From: a virus
Length of the DNA: 43,430 nt
Strand: one strand, 5' to 3'
Virus record (IMG/VR): IMGVR_UViG_3300003775_000002
Shown: positions 24,027-34,027 of the stretch, one piece after another
Numbering within the stretch: the first letter of the stretch is position 1
How the letters are laid out: each line of letters opens with the position of its first letter
Made by a program: the position numbers and the translations under genes
The notes under the pieces: generated by a model
Databases searched by the model: none
Told to the model about the DNA's origin: nothing
Seen by the model: the letters and a program-made list of their open reading frames with translations, nothing else

Positions 24027-24479
24027 ATGATTCTCGACAAGAGCGAAGAGTTCTCGGATTCGCAGGCGGTCACCGCCACCGCGATCTCGACGAACGTGAT
24101 CGACACCAACCCGTCGGGCAAGAACGCACTGGTAGACCTGGGCGACGGCGAGCCGGACGTGTGGTGGGTCGTGCAGTGCGACACTGCAGCGACCGCTGCC
24201 GGCGCTGCTACCGTCGCGTTCTCGCTGGAATCCGATAGTGTGGTTGGCTTGGGCTCGGCGCCCCTCGTCCACTATACGACCCCGGCGCTGGCTATCGCAG
24301 GCCTGACCGCCGGCAAGGAAGTGGTTCGCGTGAAGCTGCCCGCCGGCGACTACAAGCGGTACCTCGGCACGCGCTACACGGTAGCAACTGGCCCGCTGAC
24401 CGGCGGTACGTTCTCGGCCTTCATCGTGAAGGATGCCCAAGGTCGGAAGCAGTACAAGTCCGGCTTCACCTACGGCTGA
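24027..24479 (+). CDS. Capsid decoration/cement protein (Bbp16-like, tentative)
   Basis: An AGGAGA Shine-Dalgarno is present. It is 150 aa, lies directly after the capsid gene, and is beta-rich. Confidence 0.5.
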   Translation: MILDKSEEFSDSQAVTATAISTNVIDTNPSGKNALVDLGDGEPDVWWVVQCDTAATAAGAATVAFSLESDSVVGLGSAPLVHYTTPALAIAGLTAGKEVVRVKLPAGDYKRYLGTRYTVATGPLTGGTFSAFIVKDAQGRKQYKSGFTYG

Positions 24480-24484
24480 TCACC

Positions 24485-24787
24485 ATGGCTCTCTATCGCG
24501 CACTACGCCGCGGCCAGATCCACCTGGATGCCACCCCTGCCAAGCGCGGGGATGACGTCCTCGGAGAGCGCCGCGTGGTCAAGATCGTCGAGCCCGGCGA
24601 GATCTTCGAATTTCATGGCAAGAAGCCTGGAACGTGGATGGTTCCGGTGGATGTCCAAGAAGACGATGACGAGCCGGCCGGCGACGACAAGCCGGGCACC
24701 CCCCAGGGGGAGTCCGGTGGGCGCCACGGGACGAGGTCGACATCGAGAGGCTCACCCAAAGAGCCGGCCGGCGACGACAAGCCATAA
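24485..24787 (+). CDS. Hypothetical protein with duplicated EPAGDDKP tail
   Basis: The frame has G/C-biased third positions. It contains a 23-bp direct repeat (24671..24693 and 24761..24783). Confidence 0.6.
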   Translation: MALYRALRRGQIHLDATPAKRGDDVLGERRVVKIVEPGEIFEFHGKKPGTWMVPVDVQEDDDEPAGDDKPGTPQGESGGRHGTRSTSRGSPKEPAGDDKP

Positions 24788-24799
24788 CCGACTGATCCC

Positions 24800-25426
24800 G
24801 TGACGTCCAACGTCTACATCGCCAACCGCGCCATCACCAAGCTGGGTGAGGCGCGGATCATCTCTCTCACGGACTCGACCAAGGCCGCGACCGACATCGC
24901 TTCCATGTTCGATGCCGTGAGAGACGATGAGCTGCGTGCGCACCGCTGGAACTTCGCCAAGGCGCGCGCGACGCTGCCAGCACTGGCAGAAAAGCCAGCT
25001 TTCGGCTTCGCCAACGCTTTCCAACTCCCCGCAGACTTCCTGTCACTGATCCAGGTGGGCGACTTTCTTGTCTACCCACGGATGGACACCCGGGGCCTCT
25101 TCAGCATCGAAGGGCGCCAGCTTTTGACGAATCTCGGCCCCTCACTGCCCGTTCGCTACACGAAGCGGGTGGAAGACCCGAATCTGTTCGATGCGAGCTT
25201 CATTGAGGTATTTGCTTGCCGCCTAGCAGTTGAGGCGTGTGAATCGCTTACCCAGAGCGAGACGAAATACAACCGCGTGGCCGGCATGTATGAGTTCGCC
25301 ATGCGCCGAGCTGTGCGTGCCAACGCGATCGAGCGTCCGTCCCAAGTTATCGGCGACGACACCTGGCTGGAGTCTCGTGGCGCTGGTTCCAACTATCCCC
25401 GGCAGTTCCCCCCGTACCAAACCTGA
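24800..25426 (+). CDS. Tail tubular protein A / adaptor (T7 gp11-like)
   Basis: ANRAITKLGEARIISLTDSTKAATDIASMFDAVRDDELRAHRWNFA parallels the T7 gp11 N terminus (NDILASIGEPPVSTL...QSRGWTFN). Size is 208 aa. GTG start. Confidence 0.65.
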   Translation: MTSNVYIANRAITKLGEARIISLTDSTKAATDIASMFDAVRDDELRAHRWNFAKARATLPALAEKPAFGFANAFQLPADFLSLIQVGDFLVYPRMDTRGLFSIEGRQLLTNLGPSLPVRYTKRVEDPNLFDASFIEVFACRLAVEACESLTQSETKYNRVAGMYEFAMRRAVRANAIERPSQVIGDDTWLESRGAGSNYPRQFPPYQT

Positions 25427-25439
25427 GTAGGAGCGCGAC

Positions 25440-27698
25440 GTGGCAAAAGCGGCGCCGATCATCACCAGTTTCGACGCCGGCGAGTTGTCGCCGCTCATGG
25501 AAGGTCGCGTCGACCTCGCGAAGTTTCCCAACGGCTGCTTCAAGCTGGAGAACTACCTGCCGCTGGTGCAGGGACCGGCAGTGCGTCGGGGCGGCACGCG
25601 CTTCGTGAACCCGGTCAAGAGCGCGAGTGGGAAATCCTGGCTCTTGCGCTTTCAGGTCTCCGAGAACATCAGCTACATGCTCGAGTTCGGAAACCAGTCG
25701 ATCCGCTTCTATGCAAACCGTGGGCTGCTGATCTCTGGCGGTGTGCCGGTGGAGGTGGGCACGCCGTACTCGTTCGCTGACCTGACCGCTGCAGATGGGA
25801 CGTGCAACCTGCACGCGGTGCAGTCGGCCGACACGATGTACCTGTTCCACCGCTCCTTCAAGACGCTCAAGCTCGTACGCACGTCTGCCACCGCATTCTC
25901 GATCTCGGTCGTTACGTTCACCGAAGGGCCGTTCAAGAAGAGCAACATCACGAAGACGTCGGTCGTGCATGCCAGCGCTGTCACGGGCAATATCACGCTG
26001 ACCGCCTCTGCAAGCGTATTCCAGGCCGGTCACGTTGGGTCGCTGTTCTACCTTGAGTCAGCAGACCATTCGGCGGTTCGCCCGTGGGCCGTGTATCAAG
26101 AAGTCGCTGTAGGCGATAAGCGCCGGGTAGAAGCCCGGGTCTATGAGTGCACGGCGGTGGGCAGCGGTGCTGGGCCCGTGACCGGCACGTTGACGCCAGT
26201 GCATACCGAAGGCGCAGCCTGGGACGGTGACGGCGTGGACATCGCGAACGATCAGCGCGGCCCGATCGGCGTCGAATGGACATACCTGCATGCGGGTTAC
26301 GGCATCGTGCAGATCACCGCGGTTCCAACCTTGGACACGGCGCTGGGCACGGTGGTCAGCCGCCTGCCTGATGACATCGTTCTCGGCTCGACATGGAAGT
26401 GGGCGCATTCCCTGTTTTCCGATGTGGAGGGGTGGCCCGAGCACGGTGCCTTCTGGCTGGAGCGGCTGGTGCTGGCGCGCGATCGCACCCTGGCAGGATC
26501 GGTGACTGGCGACTTTGAGAACTTTGCAGCCAAGGACGCGGGGGAAGTGCTGGCCGACTCGTCGTTCGTGATCACGCTGAATGCGCGGCAGATCAACCGC
26601 ATTGTGTGGTTGGTCGAGTCCGAGCAGTTGGTGCTGGGCACGAACGGCGACGAATGGGTTGTCGGCGCAATTCAGACCAACGAGGCGGTGGGCCCCGGCA
26701 ACATTCAGGCGCGTCGGCGTACCTCGTATGGCTCGCGTGCTGTCCAGCCGGTGGAGGCAGCCGGCAAGACGCAGTTCGTACAGAAGAGCGGCAGGAAGCT
26801 GCGCGACTACTCGTATGACTACGGCTCCGACAACTACATTTCCAGCGACACGACGAAGCTCGCGAGCCACATCTCGAGGACTGGCATCGTCGACATGACG
26901 TATCAGCAGGAGCCGAATTCCATCATCTGGTGCGCGCTGGCCAGTGGTCGTCTGGTTGGGCTGACCTACGATCAGGAACTGGGCCGCAGCGATGTCTATG
27001 GCTGGCATCCACACCCGATGGTCAATGGCGTGGTCGAGGCAGTCGAATCCATGCCGGCGCCAGACGGCGCGAGCGACGACCTATGGATGATCGTGCGGCG
27101 GGTCATCAACGGGCAGACGGTGCGCTACGTCGAATGGCTCGAGCCGCCGCTGTCAGACGAGCAGGAACAGACCGAGGCGTTCTATGTGGATGCTGGCCTT
27201 ACGTACTCCGGCGCGCCGGCGACAACGATCAGCGGTCTGGATCACCTCGAAGCTCAGACCGTGGATATTCTTGCCGACGGCTCCACGCACCCGCAGCGCG
27301 TCGTGACAGACGGAAAGGTCACGCTTCAGCGCGCCGGTTCGATGGTACACATCGGCATTCCTGCACCTGCCAAGCTGGCCACCATGCGGCTGAATGCCGG
27401 CGCAGCGGATGGCACTGCACAGGGCAAGACGCAGCGTGTGACCAACGTGGTGGCGCGAGTGCATCGGACGCTCGGTGGCAAGCTTGGGCCCGACGAGAGC
27501 AACCTGGACGAGCTGCAGTTTCGTCGGCCCTCGGACGCCATGGACAAGCCGATCCCGCTTTTCACCGGCGACCTGCCGCCGATCCCGTGGAAGGGTGGCT
27601 ACTCGACAACGTCGCGCATCTGGTACGTCAACGACCAACCGCTGCCGTCGACAATCGTTGCGCTAATGCCAATCGTGGTCACAAATGACGACCGGTGA
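25440..27698 (+). CDS. Tail tubular protein B / nozzle (T7 gp12-like)
   Basis: 752 aa, directly after the gp11-like gene. N terminus SFDAGELSPLMEGRVDLAKFPNGCFKLENY. GTG start after GGAG. Confidence 0.6.
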   Translation: MAKAAPIITSFDAGELSPLMEGRVDLAKFPNGCFKLENYLPLVQGPAVRRGGTRFVNPVKSASGKSWLLRFQVSENISYMLEFGNQSIRFYANRGLLISGGVPVEVGTPYSFADLTAADGTCNLHAVQSADTMYLFHRSFKTLKLVRTSATAFSISVVTFTEGPFKKSNITKTSVVHASAVTGNITLTASASVFQAGHVGSLFYLESADHSAVRPWAVYQEVAVGDKRRVEARVYECTAVGSGAGPVTGTLTPVHTEGAAWDGDGVDIANDQRGPIGVEWTYLHAGYGIVQITAVPTLDTALGTVVSRLPDDIVLGSTWKWAHSLFSDVEGWPEHGAFWLERLVLARDRTLAGSVTGDFENFAAKDAGEVLADSSFVITLNARQINRIVWLVESEQLVLGTNGDEWVVGAIQTNEAVGPGNIQARRRTSYGSRAVQPVEAAGKTQFVQKSGRKLRDYSYDYGSDNYISSDTTKLASHISRTGIVDMTYQQEPNSIIWCALASGRLVGLTYDQELGRSDVYGWHPHPMVNGVVEAVESMPAPDGASDDLWMIVRRVINGQTVRYVEWLEPPLSDEQEQTEAFYVDAGLTYSGAPATTISGLDHLEAQTVDILADGSTHPQRVVTDGKVTLQRAGSMVHIGIPAPAKLATMRLNAGAADGTAQGKTQRVTNVVARVHRTLGGKLGPDESNLDELQFRRPSDAMDKPIPLFTGDLPPIPWKGGYSTTSRIWYVNDQPLPSTIVALMPIVVTNDDR

Positions 27699-27701
27699 CG
27701 C

Positions 27702-28130
27702 ATGCTCGAACTCGTAAAGCTCCAGCCGGAGCACCTATTTCAGTTCACTCCACAGGCCGCGCAGTCAGCCATCCTGAACGTGCTGTCAGCCGACTATGCA
27801 CAGTCGCTCGTCGATCAGTGCCCAGTAGGCTGGACTGGCCTGGTCGACGGTCGCGTGGTGGGCTGCGCCGGAATCGCTGAGTGCTGGCCGGGCCGCGCCG
27901 AAGCGTGGACGCTGCTCGCTCCGGACGCCCTGACGGTCTTCCGCCAGATCCACCGCACTGTCCGCCGAGTGCTTGCAGATGGCCCGTGGCACCGCGTCGA
28001 AATGAAAGTCGATGCAGACCATACGGAGGCCATGCGTTGGGCCGAACACCTCGGCTTCGAGCGCGAAGGTCTCATGCGCAAATACACCGCTGATCAGCGG
28101 GACGTCTACCTATACGCGAGAGTGAAATGA
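27702..28130 (+). CDS. GNAT-family acetyltransferase-like protein
   Basis: VVGCAGIAECWPGRAEAW...HRVEMKVDADHTEAMRWAEHLGFEREGLMRKY is the GNAT C-terminal signature. Confidence 0.65.
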   Translation: MLELVKLQPEHLFQFTPQAAQSAILNVLSADYAQSLVDQCPVGWTGLVDGRVVGCAGIAECWPGRAEAWTLLAPDALTVFRQIHRTVRRVLADGPWHRVEMKVDADHTEAMRWAEHLGFEREGLMRKYTADQRDVYLYARVK

Positions 28131-28585
28131 CCGAACTGACCATTGCCTCGGCCACGTTGGCCGAGATCGAGGCGGAGCCTGGGCTGGATGCGCTGCTGGC
28201 CGAGTATGCGGCCGAGTCTGCCAACGACGAGATCGGGCCGGCTTGTCCGCAGATCGACACCTATCGGGCAATGGAGGCGGCCGGGCTTTTCCGAGCGTTC
28301 GTCGCCAGGGTGGATGGGCGCCTGGTTGGCTTCATGTTCCTGCTGCTGCCCGTGCTCCCACATTTTGGCCGGAAGGTTGGCGTCAGCGAATCCTATTTTG
28401 TGGCCGCCGAGTACCGCAAGACAGGCGCCGGCCTGCGGCTGCTGCACGCGGCCGAAGCGGTAGCCCGCGAGGCCGGGGCGGTTGGCGTTCTGGTAAGTGC
28501 GCCGACAGGCGGCATCCTGGAGCGTGTGCTACCCGGCATTGGGTACCGCGAGACGAGCCGCGTGTTCTTCCGGGGCCTGCAATGA
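28127..28585 (+). CDS. GNAT-family acetyltransferase-like protein (second copy, divergent sequence)
   Basis: LVGFMFLL...SYFVAAEYRKTGAGLRLLHAAEAVAREAGAVGVLVSAP has the R/Q-x-x-G-x-G/A-like CoA loop RKTGAG. Confidence 0.65.
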   Translation: MTELTIASATLAEIEAEPGLDALLAEYAAESANDEIGPACPQIDTYRAMEAAGLFRAFVARVDGRLVGFMFLLLPVLPHFGRKVGVSESYFVAAEYRKTGAGLRLLHAAEAVAREAGAVGVLVSAPTGGILERVLPGIGYRETSRVFFRGLQ

Positions 28586-29046
28586 CGAACCTGACACGCC
28601 AGAGTCTGGACATCAAGTCCATGACGCCCGAGGCCATAGGCCGGATCGCCGCGCTCGAGCAGGATCTGCTGAAGCTGCCGCAGGTCGAGGTCCACACGCA
28701 CCACGTGCTGCACGCCGGCATGTATTCGCGCACGATCACTATCCCGGCCGGCGTCGTGCTCACTGGCGCGCTGGTGAAGCGACCTACGCTGCTGATGGTG
28801 TACGGCGACGTGCTCGTGTCGCGGGGGGAGGATACCGGCGTTCGGATCAATGGCACCGCAGTGCTGGCTGCCAGCGCCGGACGGAAGCAGGTTTTCATCA
28901 CCCACGCCCAGACCACTGTGACGATGGTGTTCCCCACGCAGGCCACCACGATCGAACAGGCCGAAGCGGAGTTCACAGACGACACCGAAATGCTCCTGTC
29001 GCGACGCGACCCAGAGCACAACACCATCATCATCACGGGAGAGTGA
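28582..29046 (+). CDS. Hypothetical beta-rich (cupin-like?) protein
   Basis: ORF 28243..29046 is trimmed to the ATG at 28582 (MTNLTRQSLDIKSMTPEAIG). ATGA overlap. Confidence 0.65.
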   Translation: MTNLTRQSLDIKSMTPEAIGRIAALEQDLLKLPQVEVHTHHVLHAGMYSRTITIPAGVVLTGALVKRPTLLMVYGDVLVSRGEDTGVRINGTAVLAASAGRKQVFITHAQTTVTMVFPTQATTIEQAEAEFTDDTEMLLSRRDPEHNTIIITGE

Positions 29047-29047
29047 C

Positions 29048-29617
29048 ATGTCCGGAGGCATTTCAGCTACCACCATCGCCGCCGTCGCAGCGGGTGCGGC
29101 AGCGGCAGCCAGCGCGGCAAGCGCCATCTCCGCAGGTCAGCAACAAAGGCGACAGGCAAATCAACAGGCAGACGCGGCCGAGTACAACGCCGCGCTGAGC
29201 AAGAACCAGGCGACGGCGGCCTATGCGGCTGGCGTCGAACGCGAGTCGGCGCAAAGGCGACAGGCCCAACAGCAGCTGAGCCAGCAGCGTGCCGCCTTCG
29301 CGTCGTCTGGCCTCGATCCGAACAGCGGATCTGCACTGGACGTGCAGTTACAGAGCACCCGCAACGCCGAGCTTGATGCGCTGCAGACCCGGTATGAGGG
29401 CGTGCTGACAGGCCAGAACTACGAACAGAACGCTTCCATGGGTCAGTACCAGGCAGAAACCTTGCGGGATTCCGGCAGCGCGGCTGCGAAGAACTCGTAC
29501 TTGTCGGCGTCTGCATCCTTGCTGGGCGGCCTCAGCAGCGCGTACAGCATTGGACGGTCGCCGAGCAACCCGGCTCCTGTGGTCGAACGCAGCACCTACA
29601 TTGGAAGGCTCGGCTGA
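29048..29617 (+). CDS. Internal virion protein (small, Ala/Gln-rich)
   Basis: It has an N-terminal hydrophobic Ala-rich segment and a Q-rich helical region. This is typical of podovirus core proteins in this position. Confidence 0.6.
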   Translation: MSGGISATTIAAVAAGAAAAASAASAISAGQQQRRQANQQADAAEYNAALSKNQATAAYAAGVERESAQRRQAQQQLSQQRAAFASSGLDPNSGSALDVQLQSTRNAELDALQTRYEGVLTGQNYEQNASMGQYQAETLRDSGSAAAKNSYLSASASLLGGLSSAYSIGRSPSNPAPVVERSTYIGRLG

Positions 29618-29618
29618 T

Positions 29619-31694
29619 ATGGCAACCCGCATCCCAATTCCCCAATACCAACAGCAGAAGGCGCCGGCGCTTGAACAGCCCGGCGTTCGCGCTACTGCGG
29701 TTGTGACTGATACCGGCAGTGCACAGGCGCTGGGTCAGGTGGCAAACGCCTTCCAGCGTGTCGGCAACGTTGTCGAGCAGCAGAGTGCAGAGACCGCGCG
29801 TGCGTGGGTGTCGCAGGCCAGCAGCACCGATTACGTCAAATGGCAGGACCGCATGACGCAGTTGCAGGAAGCAGCTCAGCCTGGCGCCCCAGACTTCACG
29901 CCCAACCTTCTGAACGAGTTTGACGAGTACAGCAAGACGGCGCTGGCCAACGCGCCGGACGAGACGTCGAAGCGCTTCTACAGCATGCAACTGAATCAGC
30001 TGCGCCAGACGCTGGGCGGCCAGTCGGTCCGATGGGAGGCTGGGCAGCGGGAGTCGCATCGTGTGAGCCAATACGGCGCAGCGGCCGATGCTGACGCCGT
30101 GGCCATTGCGCGAGATCCGGCTCTGTACGGCGAGCGCCGAGCCGCCACCATGGCCGTGTTGAATACGTCGACCATGGACCCAGCGAAGAAGGAAGCGCTT
30201 CAGCAGTCGACGGAGACAAAGCTTGCCTACGCGGCGGGCTCGCGGATGGTGCTGGACAACCCGGCGCAGGCGTTGGCAGTGCTCAGCCGCAAGCCGGATG
30301 AGCCGATCCCCGAGGGCTATGAATGGGTGCCGCGGCTCGATGCCAATCAGGTCGTGCCGCTGATCACCAAGGCGCAAGGCTACGTCAACTCCCAAGCCGC
30401 AGCTGCCGAGCGTGCACGGGAGAAGGCCGAGCGCGAGCAGGAGCGGCGCGACAAGGTTGGTCGGGAAGCCTACGCCAGCATGTCGGAGTTGCTGGCCGAC
30501 GGGAAGATTCCGTCTCCCGAGTTCATCAGCGAGGTGGCCGACAAGACGACCGGTACCGTGGCGGCCGTGCCGTTCATGGCGCTGGTCAAGGAACAGGGCA
30601 ACGATGCGCGCTTCGCCACCTTGCCGCTCTCACAGCAGCAGGCGCGGCTGGAACAGATGCGTGCCCGCGCGGCAACGCCTGGCATCGGCACGGACCCGGC
30701 CGAGCACAAGGAATACGAGCGCCGGCTGCGCATGAACGCAGCCATTCAGCGCGATGCTGACCAGAATGCCTGGCAGGCGGCACAGGAACGCGGCGTGATT
30801 GTGCGTGCCCCCGAGGTGCCCCTGAACAGCGTGGGCGACGCCCAGAACCTGATCAACCAGCGCATGCGCAACATCGCCGACGTGGAGGATTGGGTCGGCA
30901 AGCCGGTCAGCCCGATGCAGCCGGACGAGGCTGGCCAGATCGGCAAGATCATTCGGAGCCTGCCGCCAGACCAGCAGTCCACGGCGCTGGCCGGATTCGG
31001 CGCGTCGATCGGCAACGCCGACCGCATCTCTGCCTTCGCGAAGCAGATGTCGGAGAAGGACAAGACGCTGGGCATGGCCATGACCTACGCCAACTCGAAT
31101 ACCTCACAGGGCCGGCTGACGTCCGAGCTGATCCTGCGCGGCGACCGCGCGCTGAAGGACGGCACGGCCAAGGTCGATCAGGCCAAGGAAACCGGCTGGC
31201 GCGCGGAGATCGCCAAGGAAATCGGCGATGCCACCTACAACCAGGACGTGCGCCAGTCTTGGATCGAATCGGCCTTCTACATCCAGGCGGCTATCGCGTC
31301 CGACGGCGGCGGCACCGACATCAAGCGTGCCGTGAACTTGGCCACCGGCGGCTTGCGGCAGCAGCGCGATGGCAGCAAGATCCCGCGCCCGTACGGCATG
31401 TCGGACGACACATTCACCCAGCGCATTGCCGCGATCAAGCCGACTGACATCGCGGTGCAGGCGCCGGACGGCCAGGTCTTCAGCGGCGCCACAGCGATGC
31501 CACTCGAACGATTCCTCCAGCAGCTGCCGCAGTCGTCGCTCGTGCACGCGGGGCAGGGCAAGTACGCCATCCGCGCCGGCCAGGGCTTCGTCACCAACAG
31601 CGCTGGTCAGCGCATCACGCTTGACCTGAACCCGCAGCGGCCGAACGCAACGCCGCCGAACGGCGCGCAAGGCCAACCCGCACGGAGCCGCTGA
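29619..31694 (+). CDS. Internal virion / ejection protein
   Basis: ORF trimmed to the ATG at 29619 (MATRIPIPQYQQQKAP). 691 aa, in the position of a podovirus core protein. Confidence 0.6.
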   Translation: MATRIPIPQYQQQKAPALEQPGVRATAVVTDTGSAQALGQVANAFQRVGNVVEQQSAETARAWVSQASSTDYVKWQDRMTQLQEAAQPGAPDFTPNLLNEFDEYSKTALANAPDETSKRFYSMQLNQLRQTLGGQSVRWEAGQRESHRVSQYGAAADADAVAIARDPALYGERRAATMAVLNTSTMDPAKKEALQQSTETKLAYAAGSRMVLDNPAQALAVLSRKPDEPIPEGYEWVPRLDANQVVPLITKAQGYVNSQAAAAERAREKAEREQERRDKVGREAYASMSELLADGKIPSPEFISEVADKTTGTVAAVPFMALVKEQGNDARFATLPLSQQQARLEQMRARAATPGIGTDPAEHKEYERRLRMNAAIQRDADQNAWQAAQERGVIVRAPEVPLNSVGDAQNLINQRMRNIADVEDWVGKPVSPMQPDEAGQIGKIIRSLPPDQQSTALAGFGASIGNADRISAFAKQMSEKDKTLGMAMTYANSNTSQGRLTSELILRGDRALKDGTAKVDQAKETGWRAEIAKEIGDATYNQDVRQSWIESAFYIQAAIASDGGGTDIKRAVNLATGGLRQQRDGSKIPRPYGMSDDTFTQRIAAIKPTDIAVQAPDGQVFSGATAMPLERFLQQLPQSSLVHAGQGKYAIRAGQGFVTNSAGQRITLDLNPQRPNATPPNGAQGQPARSR

Positions 31695-34027
31695 TGATCG
31701 ACGGATTGCTGCAGGACCAGATCGACACCACGCTGGATGACCGTCAGAAGCGCCCGGTTGCGGCGCCACGCCCGCAGTCTGGGTTCTCGGCCTGGAACAC
31801 GATCAAGGCGCCTGTCGTTGGTGCGGCTGCCGGCGGGGTGGAGGCGGGTGGCTTCGGTGCAGATGTGCTGAGCGCGTTCGGCCAGGTGCAGGCCGGATAC
31901 GGCGCCCAGGCTGATCCGTCGCTTCTGCTGTCTCCGGAAGAGATGGAAAAGCGCCGGGATGAAGGCGACGCGGCTCGCGCGCAGGTTGCTAGCGGCGAAG
32001 CCTTCAGTAGCACGGTGGGCACTGGCCTGCGCGCAAGCGCGCGCGATCTGATGCCCGATCCGGTGACGTCCAACGTGGTCGAGCAGACGCTGTTTCAACT
32101 CGGCCGGTTCGGTGGCAAGGCGGTGGGCTACTCGCTGGCGGCCGGGCCCGCCGTGGGCGCTGCGCTGGTGGCCGGCGACGAGGGGATGACCGAGGCCGAC
32201 AGGCTGAAGGCGGAAGGCGTCGACATCGAAACGCGCACCAAGGTCGGTATCGTGGCCGGCGCGGCGGCAGGCGCTGGTGTGGCATTGCCTGTGGCCGGAC
32301 GGTCGATCGCGCAAACCGCCGCGCTGGTCGTGGCTGGCGGGCCAGGCGCGTACATCGCCCAGCAGGCTGCGTCGCGCTCCATCCTAAAGAACGCCGACTA
32401 CAGCAAGATCGCCGACCAGTACGACCCTTTCGACCCCGTCGGCCTGGCCGTATCGACGCTGGTGCCCGCTGGCTTTGGAGCCTGGGCGACCCGTGGCGCG
32501 GCCCGCGCTGGTGCCAGGCCGGCGGCGGACTTCGATCCTGCGGCAGCCCGCCAACTGGTCGACATGGGAATGCGCGAGCGGCAGGGCCTGCCGTACAACG
32601 ACGCCCGGCTGGACGCCTACGCCGTGACGGCTGCCCAACGCGCTGGCGTGCCGCCCGAGATTATCTTGGCGGTCAAGAATGCCGGCGAAAAATCGGGTAG
32701 CAGCGCAGCAACTTCGCCGGTGGGCGCGAAGGGCATCATGCAGTTCATGGATGCCACGTGGGGCCAGTACGGGAAGGGCCGAGACGTACGTGATCCGGTG
32801 GCCAACATCGACGCTGCGGCCGACTTCCTGGCCGACCTCGGGAAGCAGTACGACGGAAACTGGCGCGCGGCGCTGGCCCACTACAACGGCGGCGTGAAGA
32901 ATGCCGAAGCCGTGGTCAGGACCGGCCGCCCGATCTACAGCGAGACCATCAAGTATCTGGATCGCACCGACCGGTTTCTGGCCGAACATTCTGGCGAAGC
33001 CGCCGGACGCGCTGCCGCTGCGGATCCGGACGCCGTGGCCGCCGCCCGCCTTCAACAGGTCCGTGACACCGTCGATTCCTGGAACCTGAAAGACCCGACC
33101 GACATTGCGGCCGCGCAGGATCACCTGGCCGCCATCGTGCGTGCCTCTGACCAGTTGGGCGGCGGCGCGCGGGTGGACGTCAGCGACGTGGTGCAGTGGG
33201 ACACCCTGCAGAACGCCCGGATGCTGGACGACATGGTCGGCCGCCTCGAGGCCGCGCGCGCTGACTTGCTGCCCGAGGCTGGGCAGGTTGCCGAGCCTGG
33301 CGCTATCCGGTCGCTGCGCGGGGAACTGGACCAGCTGCGCAGCACCTTGCCGGACACCAGCGACGATGCGATCAAGGCGAGGGCCAAGGAAATCCAGACG
33401 GCGGACAGCGGACGGACGAGCTATAAGCAGGCCCAGGCCGCAGCACGCAAGGAACTGACAGCGGCACTGGATGAGCACCAAGGCCGGATGGCGGCGCTGG
33501 AGCGTCAGATCGAGACGAACCGCGGCGCCGAGCAAGCGCGTCAAGCCGTGCAGGCGCTGGACGAGCAGCTAGGCGGCGTGCGTTCGGCCCGTGCTGGGTT
33601 GGATGCACCACCGAGCGCGCCGCGCCAGACCGCGCTGGCCGCCGGAGAACTGGCTCGCACTGGCAAGCCGGCCGGTACACCAGCCGCCGACGCTGAACCA
33701 GCCGCCCAGAAAGCCGGGAAGGAAGCCGCTTCGAACGGTACGGAACCAGCAAAAAGCGGGACAGAACCCGCATCCAATGCAACGGAAGCGCCGGTTTATG
33801 CAACAACAGCGCCGAATAATGCAGCCGATGCTGCTATGGCATCGATCGACGCCCAGGCGGCACAGATCGCCCGCCTGTCACCGGACATGATGGTGCAGCT
33901 CGAAGGGATGGATGCGCCGGTGCGATTGGCCGATGCGCTCGAAGCGGTCCGCCGTGAAGCCGAGGCAGATGCCGCTGACGCGCCGCTGATACAGGCAGCA
34001 GCAGAGTGCTTCCTGCGCAGCGCCTAG
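31694..34027 (+). CDS. Internal virion protein with lytic transglycosylase (SLT) domain
   Basis: AGEKSGSSAATSPVGAKGIMQFMDATWGQYG...ALAHYNGG is the SLT E-S / GxMQ / YN motif set. It has Gly/Ala-rich hydrophobic N-terminal segments. Confidence 0.8.
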   Translation: MIDGLLQDQIDTTLDDRQKRPVAAPRPQSGFSAWNTIKAPVVGAAAGGVEAGGFGADVLSAFGQVQAGYGAQADPSLLLSPEEMEKRRDEGDAARAQVASGEAFSSTVGTGLRASARDLMPDPVTSNVVEQTLFQLGRFGGKAVGYSLAAGPAVGAALVAGDEGMTEADRLKAEGVDIETRTKVGIVAGAAAGAGVALPVAGRSIAQTAALVVAGGPGAYIAQQAASRSILKNADYSKIADQYDPFDPVGLAVSTLVPAGFGAWATRGAARAGARPAADFDPAAARQLVDMGMRERQGLPYNDARLDAYAVTAAQRAGVPPEIILAVKNAGEKSGSSAATSPVGAKGIMQFMDATWGQYGKGRDVRDPVANIDAAADFLADLGKQYDGNWRAALAHYNGGVKNAEAVVRTGRPIYSETIKYLDRTDRFLAEHSGEAAGRAAAADPDAVAAARLQQVRDTVDSWNLKDPTDIAAAQDHLAAIVRASDQLGGGARVDVSDVVQWDTLQNARMLDDMVGRLEAARADLLPEAGQVAEPGAIRSLRGELDQLRSTLPDTSDDAIKARAKEIQTADSGRTSYKQAQAAARKELTAALDEHQGRMAALERQIETNRGAEQARQAVQALDEQLGGVRSARAGLDAPPSAPRQTALAAGELARTGKPAGTPAADAEPAAQKAGKEAASNGTEPAKSGTEPASNATEAPVYATTAPNNAADAAMASIDAQAAQIARLSPDMMVQLEGMDAPVRLADALEAVRREAEADAADAPLIQAAAECFLRSA

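Noticed and set aside
22935-24440. Very long ORFs antisense to or out of frame with obvious genes. Examples are 22935..24440 (-), 9963..11525 (+), 18398..19522 (-), 19777..20952 (-), 16815..17882 (-), 13790..14953 (-), 4969..6234 (-), 32384..33544 (-), 38879..39814 (-) and 26058..27014 (-).
   Set aside because: Their translations are Arg/Ala/Gly/Pro-rich low-complexity strings, typical of non-coding frames in GC-rich DNA. Each overlaps a frame with recognisable motifs, a Shine-Dalgarno and G/C-biased third positions.
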